Part shown: positions 31,038-44,370 of the stretch, one piece after another | Position numbering within the stretch: position 1 is the first letter of the stretch | How the letters are laid out: the number at the start of each line of letters is the position of its first letter | Assembly (NCBI GenBank): GCA_002269645.1 | Contig: NIVC01002179.1 | Span: forward strand, 124,001 to 188,000 | DNA: 64,000 nucleotides | Direction of reading: 5' to 3' | Source of the DNA: Macrostomum lignano | Lineage: Eukaryota | Made by a program: the position numbers and the translations under genes | The notes under the pieces: model-generated | Databases searched by the model: none | What the model saw: only the letters and a program-made list of their open reading frames with translations | Told to the model about the DNA's origin: nothing

Positions 31038-33092
31038 CCCGATCCCAGATCCCCGATCCCAGATCCCCGATCCCAGATCCCCGATCCCAGATCCCCGATC
31101 CCAGATCCCCGATCCCAGATCCCCGATCCCAGATCCCCGATCCCAGATCCCCGATCCCAGATCCCCGATCCCAGATCCCCGATCCCAGATCCCCGATCCC
31201 AGATCCCCGATCCCAGATCCCCGATCCCAGATCCCCGATCCCAGATCCCCGATCCCAGATCCCCGATCCCAGATCCCCGATCCCAGATCCCCGATCCCAG
31301 ATCCCCGATCCCAGATCCCCGATCCCAGATCCCCGATCCCAGATCCCCGATCCCAGATCCCCGATCCCAGATCCCCGATCCCAGATCCCCGATCCCAGAT
31401 CCCCGATCCCAGATCCCCGATCCCAGATCCCCGATCCCAGATCCCCGATCCCAGATCCCCGATCCCAGATCCCCGATCCCAGATCCCCGATCCCAGATCC
31501 CCGATCCCAGATCCCCGATCCCAGATCCCCGATCCCAGATCCCCGATCCCAGATCCCCGATCCCAGATCCCCGATCCCAGATCCCCGATCCCAGATCCCC
31601 GATCCCAGATCCCCGATCCCAGATCCCCGATCCCAGATCCCCGATCCCAGATCCCCGATCCCAGATCCCCGATCCCAGATCCCCGATCCCAGATCCCCGA
31701 TCCCAGATCCCCGATCCCAGATCCCCGATCCCAGATCCCGATCCCAGATCCCCGATCCCAGATCCCCGATCCCAGATCCCCGATCCCAGATCCCCGATCC
31801 CAGATCCCCGATCCCAGATCCCCGATCCCAGATCCCCGATCCCAGATCCCCGATCCCAGATCCCCGATCCCAGATCCCCGATCCCAGATCCCCGATCCCA
31901 GATCCCCGATCCCAGATCCCCGATCCCAGATCCCCGATCCCAGATCCCCGATCCCAGATCCCCGATCCCAGATCCCCGATCCCAGATCCCCGATCCCAGA
32001 TCCCCGATCCCAGATCCCCGATCCCAGATCCCCGATCCCAGATCCCCGATCCCAGATCCCCGATCCCAGATCCCCGATCCCAGATCCCCGATCCCAGATC
32101 CCCGATCCCAGATCCCCGATCCCAGATCCCCGATCCCAGATCCCCGATCCCAGATCCCCGATCCCAGATCCCCGATCCCAGATCCCCGATCCCAGATCCC
32201 CGATCCCAGATCCCCGATCCCAGATCCCCGATCCCAGATCCCCGATCCCAGATCCCCGATCCCAGATCCCCGATCCCAGATCCCGATCCCAGATCCCCGA
32301 TCCCAGATCCCCGATCCCAGATCCCCGATCCCAGATCCCCGATCCCAGATCCCCGATCCCAGATCCCCGATCCCAGATCCCCGATCCCAGATCCCCGATC
32401 CCAGATCCCCGATCCCAGATCCCCGATCCCAGATCCCCGATCCCAGATCCCCGATCCCAGATCCCCGATCCCAGATCCCCGATCCCAGATCCCCGATCCC
32501 AGATCCCCGATCCCAGATCCCCGATCCCAGATCCCCGATCCCAGATCCCCGATCCCAGATCCCCGATCCCAGATCCCCGATCCCAGATCCCCGATCCCAG
32601 ATCCCCGATCCCAGATCCCCGATCCCAGATCCCCGATCCCAGATCCCCGATCCCAGATCCCCGATCCCAGATCCCCGATCCCAGATCCCCGATCCCAGAT
32701 CCCCGATCCCAGATCCCCGATCCCAGATCCCCGATCCCAGATCCCCGATCCCAGATCCCCGATCCCAGATCCCCGATCCCAGATCCCCGATCCCAGATCC
32801 CCGATCCCAGATCCCCGATCCCAGATCCCCGATCCCAGATCCCCGATCCCAGATCCCCGATCCCAGATCCCCGATCCCAGATCCCCGATCCCAGATCCCC
32901 GATCCCAGATCCCCGATCCCAGATCCCCGATCCCAGATCCCCGATCCCAGATCCCCGATCCCAGATCCCCGATCCCAGATCCCCGATCCCAGATCCCCGA
33001 TCCCAGATCCCCGATCCCAGATCCCCGATCCCAGATCCCCGATCCCAGATCCCCGATCCCAGATCCCCGATCCCAGATCCCCGATCCCAGAT
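31038..33092. repeat. Highly homogeneous 14-bp satellite (GATCCCAGATCCCC)n, about 147 units
   Basis: Nearly invariant; only two 1-nt phase slips, near 31738 and 32283. Confidence 0.99.
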
Positions 33093-33784
33093 TCTGCACT
33101 AAGTAGCAAATGTACTTCTTAATGTTGTGGCACAAATGCTAAGACAATTTCTGTGGTTTCAGCAAGTTGTTCAAATACTTTCTTGGATGAAGACCGTGAC
33201 TTGAATTTCAAGCAACGAATGCTCAATAATTCAAGCGTAGGATGCGACCACCGAGAGCCGCGTGTCCTGGAGGCCCAGATTTTGACCAAATCTGAATCAC
33301 TTCCCAGTGCTACTATAGTTTGCTTAGAACTCTGCTTCCAGGAGTAGAGGACAGCTCAGGCAAGGCTGTCGCGTGACTGTAAGCAGCTTTTCGGGGCGAA
33401 ATCCGACACTGGAGTCTGGGGATCCGATTTGCGAAATATTTAAGCAAAGTGAAAATCGTGTGGATGCTATACCTCGGCAGTTCGAATTCACAAAAATTGG
33501 CACTCGCAAGCTAATCAGAAATAAAAGAGGCAAGAACATGCAATACCTCAAAAGTTACAGCACTTTAAACAATCGGCCGCCAAAAAAATTTACACGATAA
33601 CTGGAGTGTAACGTCCTTCTACTTGAGAAGTCTTTGAACAAAGGACAGAAAAGACGGAAATCGTTAAGGTGAAAACGATGCGAAATATCTCACTCGAACT
33701 CGACTTCGAAATTCTTAGAGTATTCATCCGCGTAGTGATCGTTGGGCGAGCGCCTGATGCCAAGACCACTGAAAGGTAGTTAGG

Positions 33785-34740
<956 letters not shown>

Positions 34741-35128
34741 CAGTCTCTCACTGAGCTGGGGCAGCTTCAAGCAGTGCGAAGGCGACCATGAATAAACAAA
34801 TAAGTTTGTGTGTCGTCATGGTCTTAGTTGCAAACAAGTCAGCGTAGGAGTAACTGAAAGCAACTTTTGGGACAGAATGGATGTGACTCTTAAATGCAAG
34901 TTCATCAGATAATTACTTGTTCACAAAGTTCCCATACTGGCAGCCTCCTTATTTCCCATCAACTTCTGATAGGTTGGGCGGCGCGTTCTGCCCGCCTGCC
35001 AATCAGCTGGTTTTGGTCTATAAGATTTTTAGGAGCAGCGTCTTCTGAGGAGAATAGATGGGACCTTGAAAGAGGAATGAAGTGTGAGGTCTGAATAAAT
35101 CGAAAGTATTAGAAAAGGAACTAGCCAG

Positions 35129-35404
35129 ATCATAGATCCCCGATCCCAGATCCTCGATCCCAGATCCCCGATCCCAGATCCCGATCCAGATCTCCGATCC
35201 CAGATCTCCGATCCCAGATCTCCGATCCCAGATCTCCGATCCCAGATCCCCGATCCCAGATCCCCGATCCCAGATCCCCGATCCCAGATCCCCGATCCCA
35301 GATCCCCGATCCCAGATCCCCGATCCCAGATCCCCGATCCCAGATCCCCGATCCCAGATCCCCGATCCCAGATCCCAGATCCCAGATCCCAGATCCCAGA
35401 TCCC
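35129..35404. repeat. Second, shorter and more degenerate copy of the GATCCCA/GATCCCC array
   Basis: Same unit and strand as 31038-33092, with GATCTCC variants. Confidence 0.95.
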
Positions 35405-36592
35405 AGAAGGCAATACCCATTTCCAAAAAATACAATTCGCATGCCAATTCTATATACCCTTTGAACTGAGTCTGGACGCTAAAAGGACTGCATTTAACTG
35501 CATTTGAGGTTCGGCTCTTTAATCCTTGTGTTAGACTTAACTGGGCTCAACATCCCGTATCGCACAAGTGTCGCGATACCGCTGATTTCGCCGTGATAAG
35601 GGGAGGGGGTACTCTACTATCTTTTTCAAACTGGCAGACTGCATTCGAACTGGAACTTTTATCTCCGTTGTCTAGCTTACCAGTACCACAGAATTCCTTC
35701 TCTTTGTCTAAAAACCAAAGTACTGGTTTTAAATAGTCTATGGTAATTTTTAAAATGGAGATCGTAATTTTGAATGTTACAAACGACTTTGCATAAAATT
35801 TCCAACTGGTAATGAGTTCGTTAATTGCTTCTAATTGCTTCTGTTGCTCCTTAAAGTGCACTAGTATAACAACGTCATTTGCGTTTTATATTTGTATGAA
35901 AGATTGATTAGTTTAGCCATGGATTTCTGGATAGAAATGCAGTGACTTGATTGGCAAATTTTTCTATATATTAGGACGTTGTCGTGACGCAAATTCAGGC
36001 GGCCACAAGTCGCTGCAAAATGCATTAGCTAGATGGGAAGTTTTCAGTTTATTAGCACAATTTAAACAATTTGAAAGTGCACAGCGTCCTTCTGCTCCAG
36101 ATGTCCATGCCACGGTATTGAAATTTCTGTTGCAGTCAAAGCTAAGAATATTTTCTTTCCAATCCAAGAATGCTTCTGTCTAAGGAGTCCCTTTATGTCA
36201 GACTTTTTGCCGCTAATGTCTCGCAGACTTTGTTGGGCTGCAAACTTTATATTCCGATCATACTCATACTACTATAGTATAGTATTAAACTGACCATCAC
36301 AGTACTGTGCATGCGGCAAAGCCGCCCCCACCAGCCCTATATAATTGCGAACGCGAAATCAATTTGACCACGTTTGATACTACATGCATGTATGTACATA
36401 GTAGAATGTTGCACACAGTGCATTCATTGATACATTGTTGCACATATTTATGTATGTTGGACCATTAAACCACCGCTTATTCGGCTGAATATTTCCTTGC
36501 GTTGGAAGAAGAAATTATTACAGGTATTGTAAAGCAAATCTAATTCTTTAATTTGCATGCTCTGCCCTATGCTAGATTGCACTGGCACTTCC

Positions 36593-36972
36593 TGACACCC
36601 CTGACACCCCTGACTGGACCGACACCCCTGACTGGACCGACACCCCTGACTGGACCGACACCCCTGACTGGACCGACACCCCTGACTGGACCGACACCCC
36701 TGACTGGACCGACACCCCTGACTGGACCGACACCCCTGACTGGACCGACACCCCTGACTGGACCGACACCCCTGACTGGACCGACACCCCTGACTGGACC
36801 GACACCCCTGACTGGACCGACACCCCTGACTGGACCGACACCTCTGACTGGACCGACACCCCTGACTGGACCGACACCCCTGACTGGACCGACACCCCTG
36901 ACTGGACCGACACCCCTGACTGGACCGACACCCCTGACTGGACCGACACCCCTGACTGGACCGACACCCCTG
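36593..36972. repeat. 18-bp minisatellite (GACCGACACCCCTGACTG)n
   Basis: About 21 near-perfect units. Confidence 0.96.
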
Positions 36973-37679
36973 AAAAATCTGACAACCACGGAACCCTTGG
37001 CAACTTTCTTTCTTGTCACCCTTACAGCCTGAGAACCTCTGACATAGTTAGTAATCTTGACCCAGGGAAATTCTGTTGCCTAATTAAGCTAATCGTTAAT
37101 AAAAATTTACATATTTTTTATTGAACGAATTAGCTCACAACAGAGGATATTCTCAGAATAAAGTAAGTACTTTTATATTTCACGTAATAAACTTTTTTCA
37201 CAAATTTTGGCTGTATGAGGTAGGTTGAAGCTCAAATTACAGATTCACCAGCAGTAAGTTGCATTAGACTGCAGTTAAACATATTTTTCCCATTTATTAA
37301 AGTCAATAGAGGAACTGGTAGGGAATGATAGATCGCTACATGTTTGTATATAGTCTACATAAAAATAATGACTTTAACGTGACAGCAATGGTATTGGTTT
37401 CTCAGTAATCAGCATTTGACTATAAGCCTCAAAGTTTGCTGTTTAGACAGCATTAGGCGCGTTCTGTGTTTTTTTGGGGCAAACATTTTTTTCATATCGT
37501 TCCGGTTCTGTGAAGCGTGATAAAAAGAGATATTTTTTTGTCAATTCTATGAAATTTTTCTGCGTAGAAATGCAGATTTGTAGGAATTTCTTTGAACAGT
37601 AATTTTTGCCGCATATAAAACCTACATTTACATTTAGTGTGTGGTAAATGCTTGAATTAGGGCTGGTATCTGCATTGAT

Positions 37680-38075
37680 GGCTGGGGCTGGCTTTTGGGG
37701 TAGATGTCTGGAGTTGGTGTCTGGGGTTGGTGTCTGGAGTTGGTGTCTGGAGTTGGTGTCTGGAGTTGGTGTCTGGGGTTGGTGTCTGGAGTTGGTGTCT
37801 GGGGTTGGTGTCTGCAGTTGGTGTCTGGAGTTGGTGTCTGGGGTTGGTGTCTGGAGTTGGTGTCTGGAGTTGGTGTCTGGAGTTGGTGTCTGGGGTTGGT
37901 GTCTGCAGTTGGTGTTTGTAGTTGGTGTCTGGAGTTGGTGTCTGTAGTTGGTGTCGGCAGTTGGTGTCTGCAGTTGGTGTCTGGGGTTGGTGTCTGGAGT
38001 TGGTGTCTGCAGTTGGTGTCTGGAGTTGGTTTCTGGGGTTGGTGTCTGGGGTTGGTGTCTGGGGTTGGTTACTGG
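37680..38075. repeat. 13-bp minisatellite (TTGGTGTCTGGAG)n
   Basis: About 28 units. Confidence 0.93.
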
Positions 38076-38496
38076 AATCGGAATTGAAGTTTGTGTTTTA
38101 ATGTCATGCAATAATATACACCACGTAAAATCAGTTGTTTATGCTGAATAGCTGTCAAAAAAAACTAAATATATTGACAAATATCGTGTGCCTCTCGTTG
38201 GAAGCACAATTTACCTTGGCCTAGAAGTCAAATTTCGCTGTTATGCAGCTCTTCTTGTACGATAGTTAGCTCCGGATTTAGCTACATGTTGCTGACTTAA
38301 CTTTATTACGTGTATGTTGAGCCTTACGTATAAATATTCGTCACTTTGTACATCAGTCGCGTCATTTGACGAAAGACACGTCAACAAATCTTTTTGCAAT
38401 AGAAAAGCAGAGAGGACGGGCGTTTTACAAGCTCGAAAATTTCGGGCGTGCTTGAAATTTGACTTTAAACAACTCATTTCAGTTTCGCAATTCACG

Positions 38497-39450
38497 ATGC
38501 CAAGCCAGAGCGGGAGCCGGTTCAAACTCCAACTGTTGTCGTCGTTGACAAGCTGACCAGCGCCAATCGCTTGTCAATCGTTGCACTCTTCATTCTGTGC
38601 ACGATTTGTTACAGCGCCTACGCTCTGCTGCTGCACCTGTGCCCAAAAGATACTAAATTTGAGGCTCATTGTGCGAGCGCGTGACTGCGTATAGACATGG
38701 GTATAAAACTGTGCGAAGTAAACCAAAATATCGAGATGCCAAGCGGGTATACAACGGTAAAGTATCGGCTACTCTCTACGCGGTAAATATAACAACTTGG
38801 GAGCGCTGTTGCAACTACTCGTACAAATGGACACCTTGAGCTATCAGATTATAGCAATTTGAAGATCCTGACCACCGCTGTACTGTTCCAAATCATTATG
38901 CGCGAGCATATTAGCAGAGTAAATTGGTTGGCCCTGCTAATTCTGTTTGCTGCAGGAGTTGCCAACGGCGCAGGCGGCCTGATGGAGAAATCGTTGAGCG
39001 AAGCTCGACTGCACGTGACACCAGTTGGATTAGGCATGATTCTGATCTACTGCACCATCTCCGGTCTTGCAAGTGTCTAAAGAGTACGTCATGAAGCGCC
39101 AGGAGTCTGTTAGTGTTCATGCTCAAAACTCTCTTCTGTACGAGCTACTTCTACGGCATAGCGATTAACGTGATAATATTTTGCTATCAATCTGCCTATG
39201 GAAAATTCAAATCGAATTTTCTTCAAAGCTTTGACTGGACTACTTGGGTATTGGTTTCTAGTCAAGCCTTTGGCGGCATATCAATGGGCTTGCTAATAAA
39301 ATTTGGATCAAACATTCTAAAATTATTTGTAGTTTCAACCTCAATGCTTGTTGTCACCGTTTCCAGGTCAATATTTTTGTGTAGGATCGCTTTCGTTGGC
39401 GTTGTATTTTCTCAATTTCTCTATCACTTCAACGATTGTCCGTGCTTCTG
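38497..39450 (+). pseudogene. SLC35A4: Nucleotide-sugar transporter SLC35A4-like pseudogene (intronless, several frameshifts, stops and deletions)
   Basis: Fragments in different frames match SLC35A4 as recalled: LFILCTICYSAYALLLHLC; QMDTLSYQI / SNLKILTTAVLF...WLALLILFAAG...LHVTPVGLGMILIYCTISGLASV; EYVMKRQ; FYGIAINV...SQAFGGISMGLLIKFGSNILKLFVVSTSM. TAA at 39078-39080 and at least 3 frameshifts. Confidence 0.8.
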
Positions 39451-40503
39451 CTAGTGAATATATGCTTTTTTCTTCTTTAAGCTCAAATTTGCTTATTTTT
39501 CTCGCTTATTTATTTATCTTGAACTGTGCATTTTTGAGTAGTAAAATCATACCTCTATATGCTCGAACAGTCTGTTGACGATCAATTTACGCAGCGGGAA
39601 CTCTCTTATAGTTCTGAATTTACCTATCTAGGTTTTAATGTTTTTGTTTTACTCTTGTAATAGTCCTGAATAGGATTAACTAATTAATTTGTTTTGCGTA
39701 GCAATGCATTGGCAGACGTCTCTATGTTAGTAAATATGTCGAAAAATAAAGATAGCCACGCTCGTTCAATCCGTTCACATTCCAGTACACATGTGAGAGC
39801 TTTTTTATTTACTTTTATAGAAAATTTTAAGACAGGTTTTTTATATTTAGAAGCATTGGTCGCCAACTTGAGGGCTAGAGAGAGAAGAGAGAAGGAAGAG
39901 AGGTGAGAGGAGGGGAGAGAGGAGAGAGGGGGAGAGAGGGGATATGAAAGAGGAATTGCAATGCGCAATTTCTACTACTTATAGTAGCACCCACTGTTCA
40001 TTACTAATACGCAGATGAGTTTGGCAAAAAAATTCTGGAATTTCCTGCTTTAAGGTTTGACAAATGGCGTTGTGGACTGATGATCGAATACAAATGCATT
40101 TTCCTAAGGTCTAGGAGACTGCTGTAGTTTATTTAGACAGGAAACGCGAAATAATCTAAGATTCTAAATCTACTATGCCTTGGTCTGCATCTACGAAAAA
40201 ACATTCCAATCTATTCCGTGGTTTAGTATGATAATCACTCTAGAGTAGGTCAGGCAGAAGACTCATAAATCAGATCGTCAGATAGAATACTCAAAAGAGT
40301 CAAAACTAATCAAGTACCAAATAATTTGTTCCTCAACAATTGATAGATTGATTCTAACTTAGTCTTTGAACTGAAGTATTTCAAATCTTAGACATTGCTA
40401 AGAGTAATGATAAATGATAATGAGGCAGTAATGACACGAGGTATGACTGTATGAGTGAGGACACGCGGCCTGCTGTTTCTGTCTGACAAACACAAGCACA
40501 AAC

Positions 40504-40550
40504 CACGGACCCCTGAATTAGTAGGTCCTTCTACTATTTAGGGGTCCGTG
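40504..40550. mobile_element. 47-bp palindromic micro-MITE with 7-bp target-site duplication CACAAAC
   Basis: Termini CACGGACCCCT/AGGGGTCCGTG are an 11-bp perfect inverted repeat extending imperfectly to about 20 bp. CACAAAC flanks both sides (40497-40503 and 40551-40557). Confidence 0.7.
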
Positions 40551-41639
40551 CACAAACGCACTGCATAGGCGCGCTGAAAGAAAATGATTTGATCAGAGCT
40601 AGAGAAAGAAGAGGAGTGGAATGAAATGAAAGTCAAACTGGATCGTCCCAGTTCCTATGTACATTGGCCCAAAGGATAGAAAGGTTTTCCGCTGAAAAGC
40701 CCTAATGTACATACAGGGATACAGGGGTGATTTTAGTCGTCTTTCCCTCATATCATTTCTACCCCCTCTCTCTCTACCAGGCTATCTGAGTGGAACAGTT
40801 GGAAGGTTCTTTCCCTCCCCCTAAAACAGTAGATTAGGTTCAATGTACAATCAACTGTACAGCTTCCCGCGGGCCTCTGCCTCTCTCCCTCGCATAGAAC
40901 GGCAGAGCAGCCAACGGGGGAATGAAAAGGAAAGACGCCCCTGACCCCTCCAGCTGTTAAGTTCAGTTAGTTTAGAAATAAAGGCTGCAAAGGCTTGATT
41001 TTGAGGAGAGCCAAACGATATATTAACAATACTATAAAACTCATTAAATTCAGTAATTATACTTTGAACTGCACTAAACTGTGACTTTATTGAACAAGCC
41101 AAGCAAAGAAAGTAGTTTTCAGTTTTTAAACAAGCGAATATTTCCGTGCTTGCTCGCAAAATTGATGAGCTCTGCCTCGTTTGTCTTACTCCCGGTAAGT
41201 TCATTGTTAATTTAAGCCAATCCGATATAATTCGGATTGGATTTCGTGACATTGGACTCTCTCTTCGAATTATCTGTGTATTATTAAGCACACTATAACA
41301 CACTTGTTTACTTAAACGACACTCAAAATGGTGTATCAGTAAACTTATTTACTAACTAAGGCAAGCTAATAAAGCATGATTGACGTGTTCATATGTTGAT
41401 AAGAAGTAAGACCCTATAAACTGGTTTATGCCTAATGGCTAATTCCCTATATGAGCTCTGGTTACTATTACTTACTTAGCAAGGCTAGGGTCTAGAGTAA
41501 GAGTCTATGAAGACTATGATTGATACTGACTGTCATTTTAAAATGTCTCGAATTTAAAAGTCGTACTTCAAAGATTATCCTACGCCTAGTTTCGGTATCT
41601 TGCAGGTTTAGTCGACACTCAAAGCGGTTAAAATTTTTG

Positions 41640-43250
41640 TACTCCTCTTCTCTACTCCCATTTCCTTTTCTCTCCCTACCTCTCCTCTTCTCTACTCTCT
41701 CTCTCTCTCTCCTTTTCTCTCCCTACCTCTCTCATTTTCTGTCCCTACCTCCTCTCCTCTTTTCTTTCTTCTCCTCTCTCCTCTCCTCTCTTCTCTCCTC
41801 CCCTCTCCCCTCTCCTCTCTCCTCTCCTCTCCTCTCCTCTCCTCTCCTCTCCTCTCCTCTCCTCTCCTCTCCTCTCCTCTCCTCTCCTCTCCTCTCCTCT
41901 CCTCTCCTCTCCTCTCCTCTCCTCTCCTCTCCTCTCCTCTCCTCTCCTCTCCTCTCCTCTCCTCTCCTCTCCTCTCCTCTCCTCTCCTCTCCTCTCCTCT
42001 CCTCTCCTCTCCTCTCCTCTCCTCTCCTCTCCTCTCCTCTCCTCTCCTCTCCTCTCCTCTCCTCTCCTCTCCTCTCCTCTCCTCTCCTCTCCTCTCCTCT
42101 CCTCTCCTCTCCTCTCCTCTCCTCTCCTCTCCTCTCCTCTCCTCTCCTCTCCTCTCCTCTCTCCTCTCCTCTCCTCTCCTCTCCTCTCCTCTCTCTCCTC
42201 TCCTCTCCTCTCCTCTCCTCTCCTCTCCTCTCCTCTCCTCTCCTCTCCTCTCCTCTCCTCTCCTCTCCTCTCCTCTCCTCTCCTCTCCTCTCCTCTCCTC
42301 TCCTCTCCTCTCTCTCCTCTCCTCTCTCTCCTCTCTCTCCTCTCCTCTCCTCTCCTTTCCTCTCCTCTCCTCTCCTCTCCTCTCCTCTCCTCTCCTTTGT
42401 CCTTTCCTCGCCTCTCCTCTCCTCTCCTCTCCTCTCTTCTCCCCTCCTCTCCTCTCCTCTCCTCTCCTCTCTTCTCCCCTCCTCTCCTCTCCTCTCCTCT
42501 TCTCTCTCCTCTCCTCTCCTCTCCTCTCCTCTCTCCTCTCCTCTCCTCTCCTCCCCTCTCTCCTCTCCTCTCTCTCTCCTCTCCTCTCCTCCCCTCTCTC
42601 TCTCCTCTCTCTCTCCTCTCCTCTCCCTCTCTCTCTCTCTCCTCCCCTCTCTCCTCTCTTCTCCCTCCTCTCCTCTCCTCTCCTCTCCTCTCCTCTCCTC
42701 TCCTCCCTCTCTCCTCTCCTCTCCTCTCCTCTCCTCTCCTCTCCTCTCCTCTCCTCTCCTCTCCTCTCCTCTCCTCTCCTCTCCTCTCCTCTCCTCTCCT
42801 CTCCTCTCCTCTCCTCTCCTCTCCTCTCCTCTCCTCTCTCCTCTCTCCTCTCCTCCCTCTTTCTCCTCCCTCTCCTCCTCTCCTCTCCTTTCCTTTCCTC
42901 TCCTCTCCTCTCCTCTCCTCTCCTCTCCTCTCCTTTGTCCTTTCCTCGCCTCTCCTCTCCTCTCCTCTCCTCTCTTCTCCCTCCTCTCCTCTCCTCTCCT
43001 CTCCTCTCTTCTCCCCTCCTCTCCTCTCCTCTCCTCTCCTCTTATCTCCTCTCCTCTCCTTTGTCCTTTCCTCGCCTCTCCTCTACTCTGGACTCTCCTT
43101 TCCTCTCCTCTCCTCTCTTCTCCTCTCCTCTCCTTTCCTTTCCTCTGGACTCTCATCTCTCTTTTCCTCCCTTCTCCTCTCCTCTCCTTTCCTCTCCACT
43201 ACTCTCCTACAGTCTCTCATTTCTTACTCACTACTTTCCTCATGAAGTTT
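41640..43250. repeat. (CTCCT)n polypyrimidine pentamer array
   Basis: Read directly. Confidence 0.96.
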
Positions 43251-43759
43251 CCTTTCCTCCTTATATAACATGATTGTAAATGTAAATGTAATTTGCATAT
43301 AAATGCAAACGTTTATATTTTCTAATATGTAATTTATGCATTTAAGATTTCTTTTGGTAATAAAAGGCAATGCACAAATGAGCTTCATTATATAATATAT
43401 AGACAGGTAAAAGGATCACTTATATATTCAATATACAATTTCAATAGTTGGAATATTCTCTACAAAATATGCGATATATCAAGCTAACAGTTGTCAACAT
43501 TTCAGTTCAGATTCAGTTTAAACTTTAGAGAGTTCGCCAGTTCGTGCAGTCAGACATTTTGCTTAGTTAAGCTAAGTGCTGTTTACAGTAGAGCACATGT
43601 ACAATTAGTTGAAACACGATTCTAATTTAGAATCTAGCTTTTATGATATTTGATAAGAGTGTAGAATGTCAAGCTCATCTCCTGTCTACTTCAGAAATTG
43701 CATATTATAAGGCAAAAGTGTCTGGATACGATTCAGAATCTGCACGTTAGAAGTGGTCA

Positions 43760-44150
43760 GAACTACAAGCTATAATCAGTCAGAACTACAAGCTATAATC
43801 AGTCAGAACTACAAGCTATAATCAGTCGGAATTACAAGCTAGAATCAGTCAGAATCTCAGTCTAGAATCAAGTCAGAATTACAAGCTAGAATCAAGTCAG
43901 AATTACAAGCTAGAATCAGTCAGAATCTCAGTCTAGAACCAAGTCAGAATTACAAGCTAGAATCAAGTCAGAATTACAAGCTAGAATCAGTCAGAATCTC
44001 AGTCTAGAACCAAGTCAGAATTACAAGCTAGAATCAAGTCAGAATTACAAGCTAGAATCAGTCAGAATCTCAGTCTAGAACCAAGTCAGAATTACAAGCT
44101 AGAATCAAGTCAGAATTACAAGCTAGAATCAAGTCAGAATTACAAGCTTG
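43760..44150. repeat. About 23-24-bp minisatellite (AGTCAGAATTACAAGCTAGAATCA)n
   Basis: About 16 units upstream of the LRR-Ig gene. Confidence 0.9.
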
Positions 44151-44370
44151 AATCTTCATTTTTAATTTTTTAAACGCTTGCTTTGACCTGTTAATTAATG
44201 ATTACAAGGATATGAAGAAATATTTTTTACTTCAAATCCTTCTTCAAACAGGACGCGAGGCAGAGACTTCAAAGCAGGAGTTCCACCTTTTATTGGACAT
44301 ATTTAGGAAGCTGAGTCGACCTAAGGTAACAGCTGTTCGACAAATAATCTAAATCAGCAAGCAAAATAAA

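Noticed and set aside
30806-33135. 690-767-aa GSGIWDR/PDPRSQI ORFs
   Set aside because: Artefacts of the stop-free 14-bp satellite, open on both strands.
35547-35861. 104-aa minus-strand ORF
   Set aside because: Non-ATG start, AT-rich, no recognisable motif and no convincing splice partners.
41520-43273. S/L/P-rich and E/R/G-rich 280-580-aa ORFs (also 2622-3405, 29324-30646, 62494-63394)
   Set aside because: Polypurine/polypyrimidine repeats.
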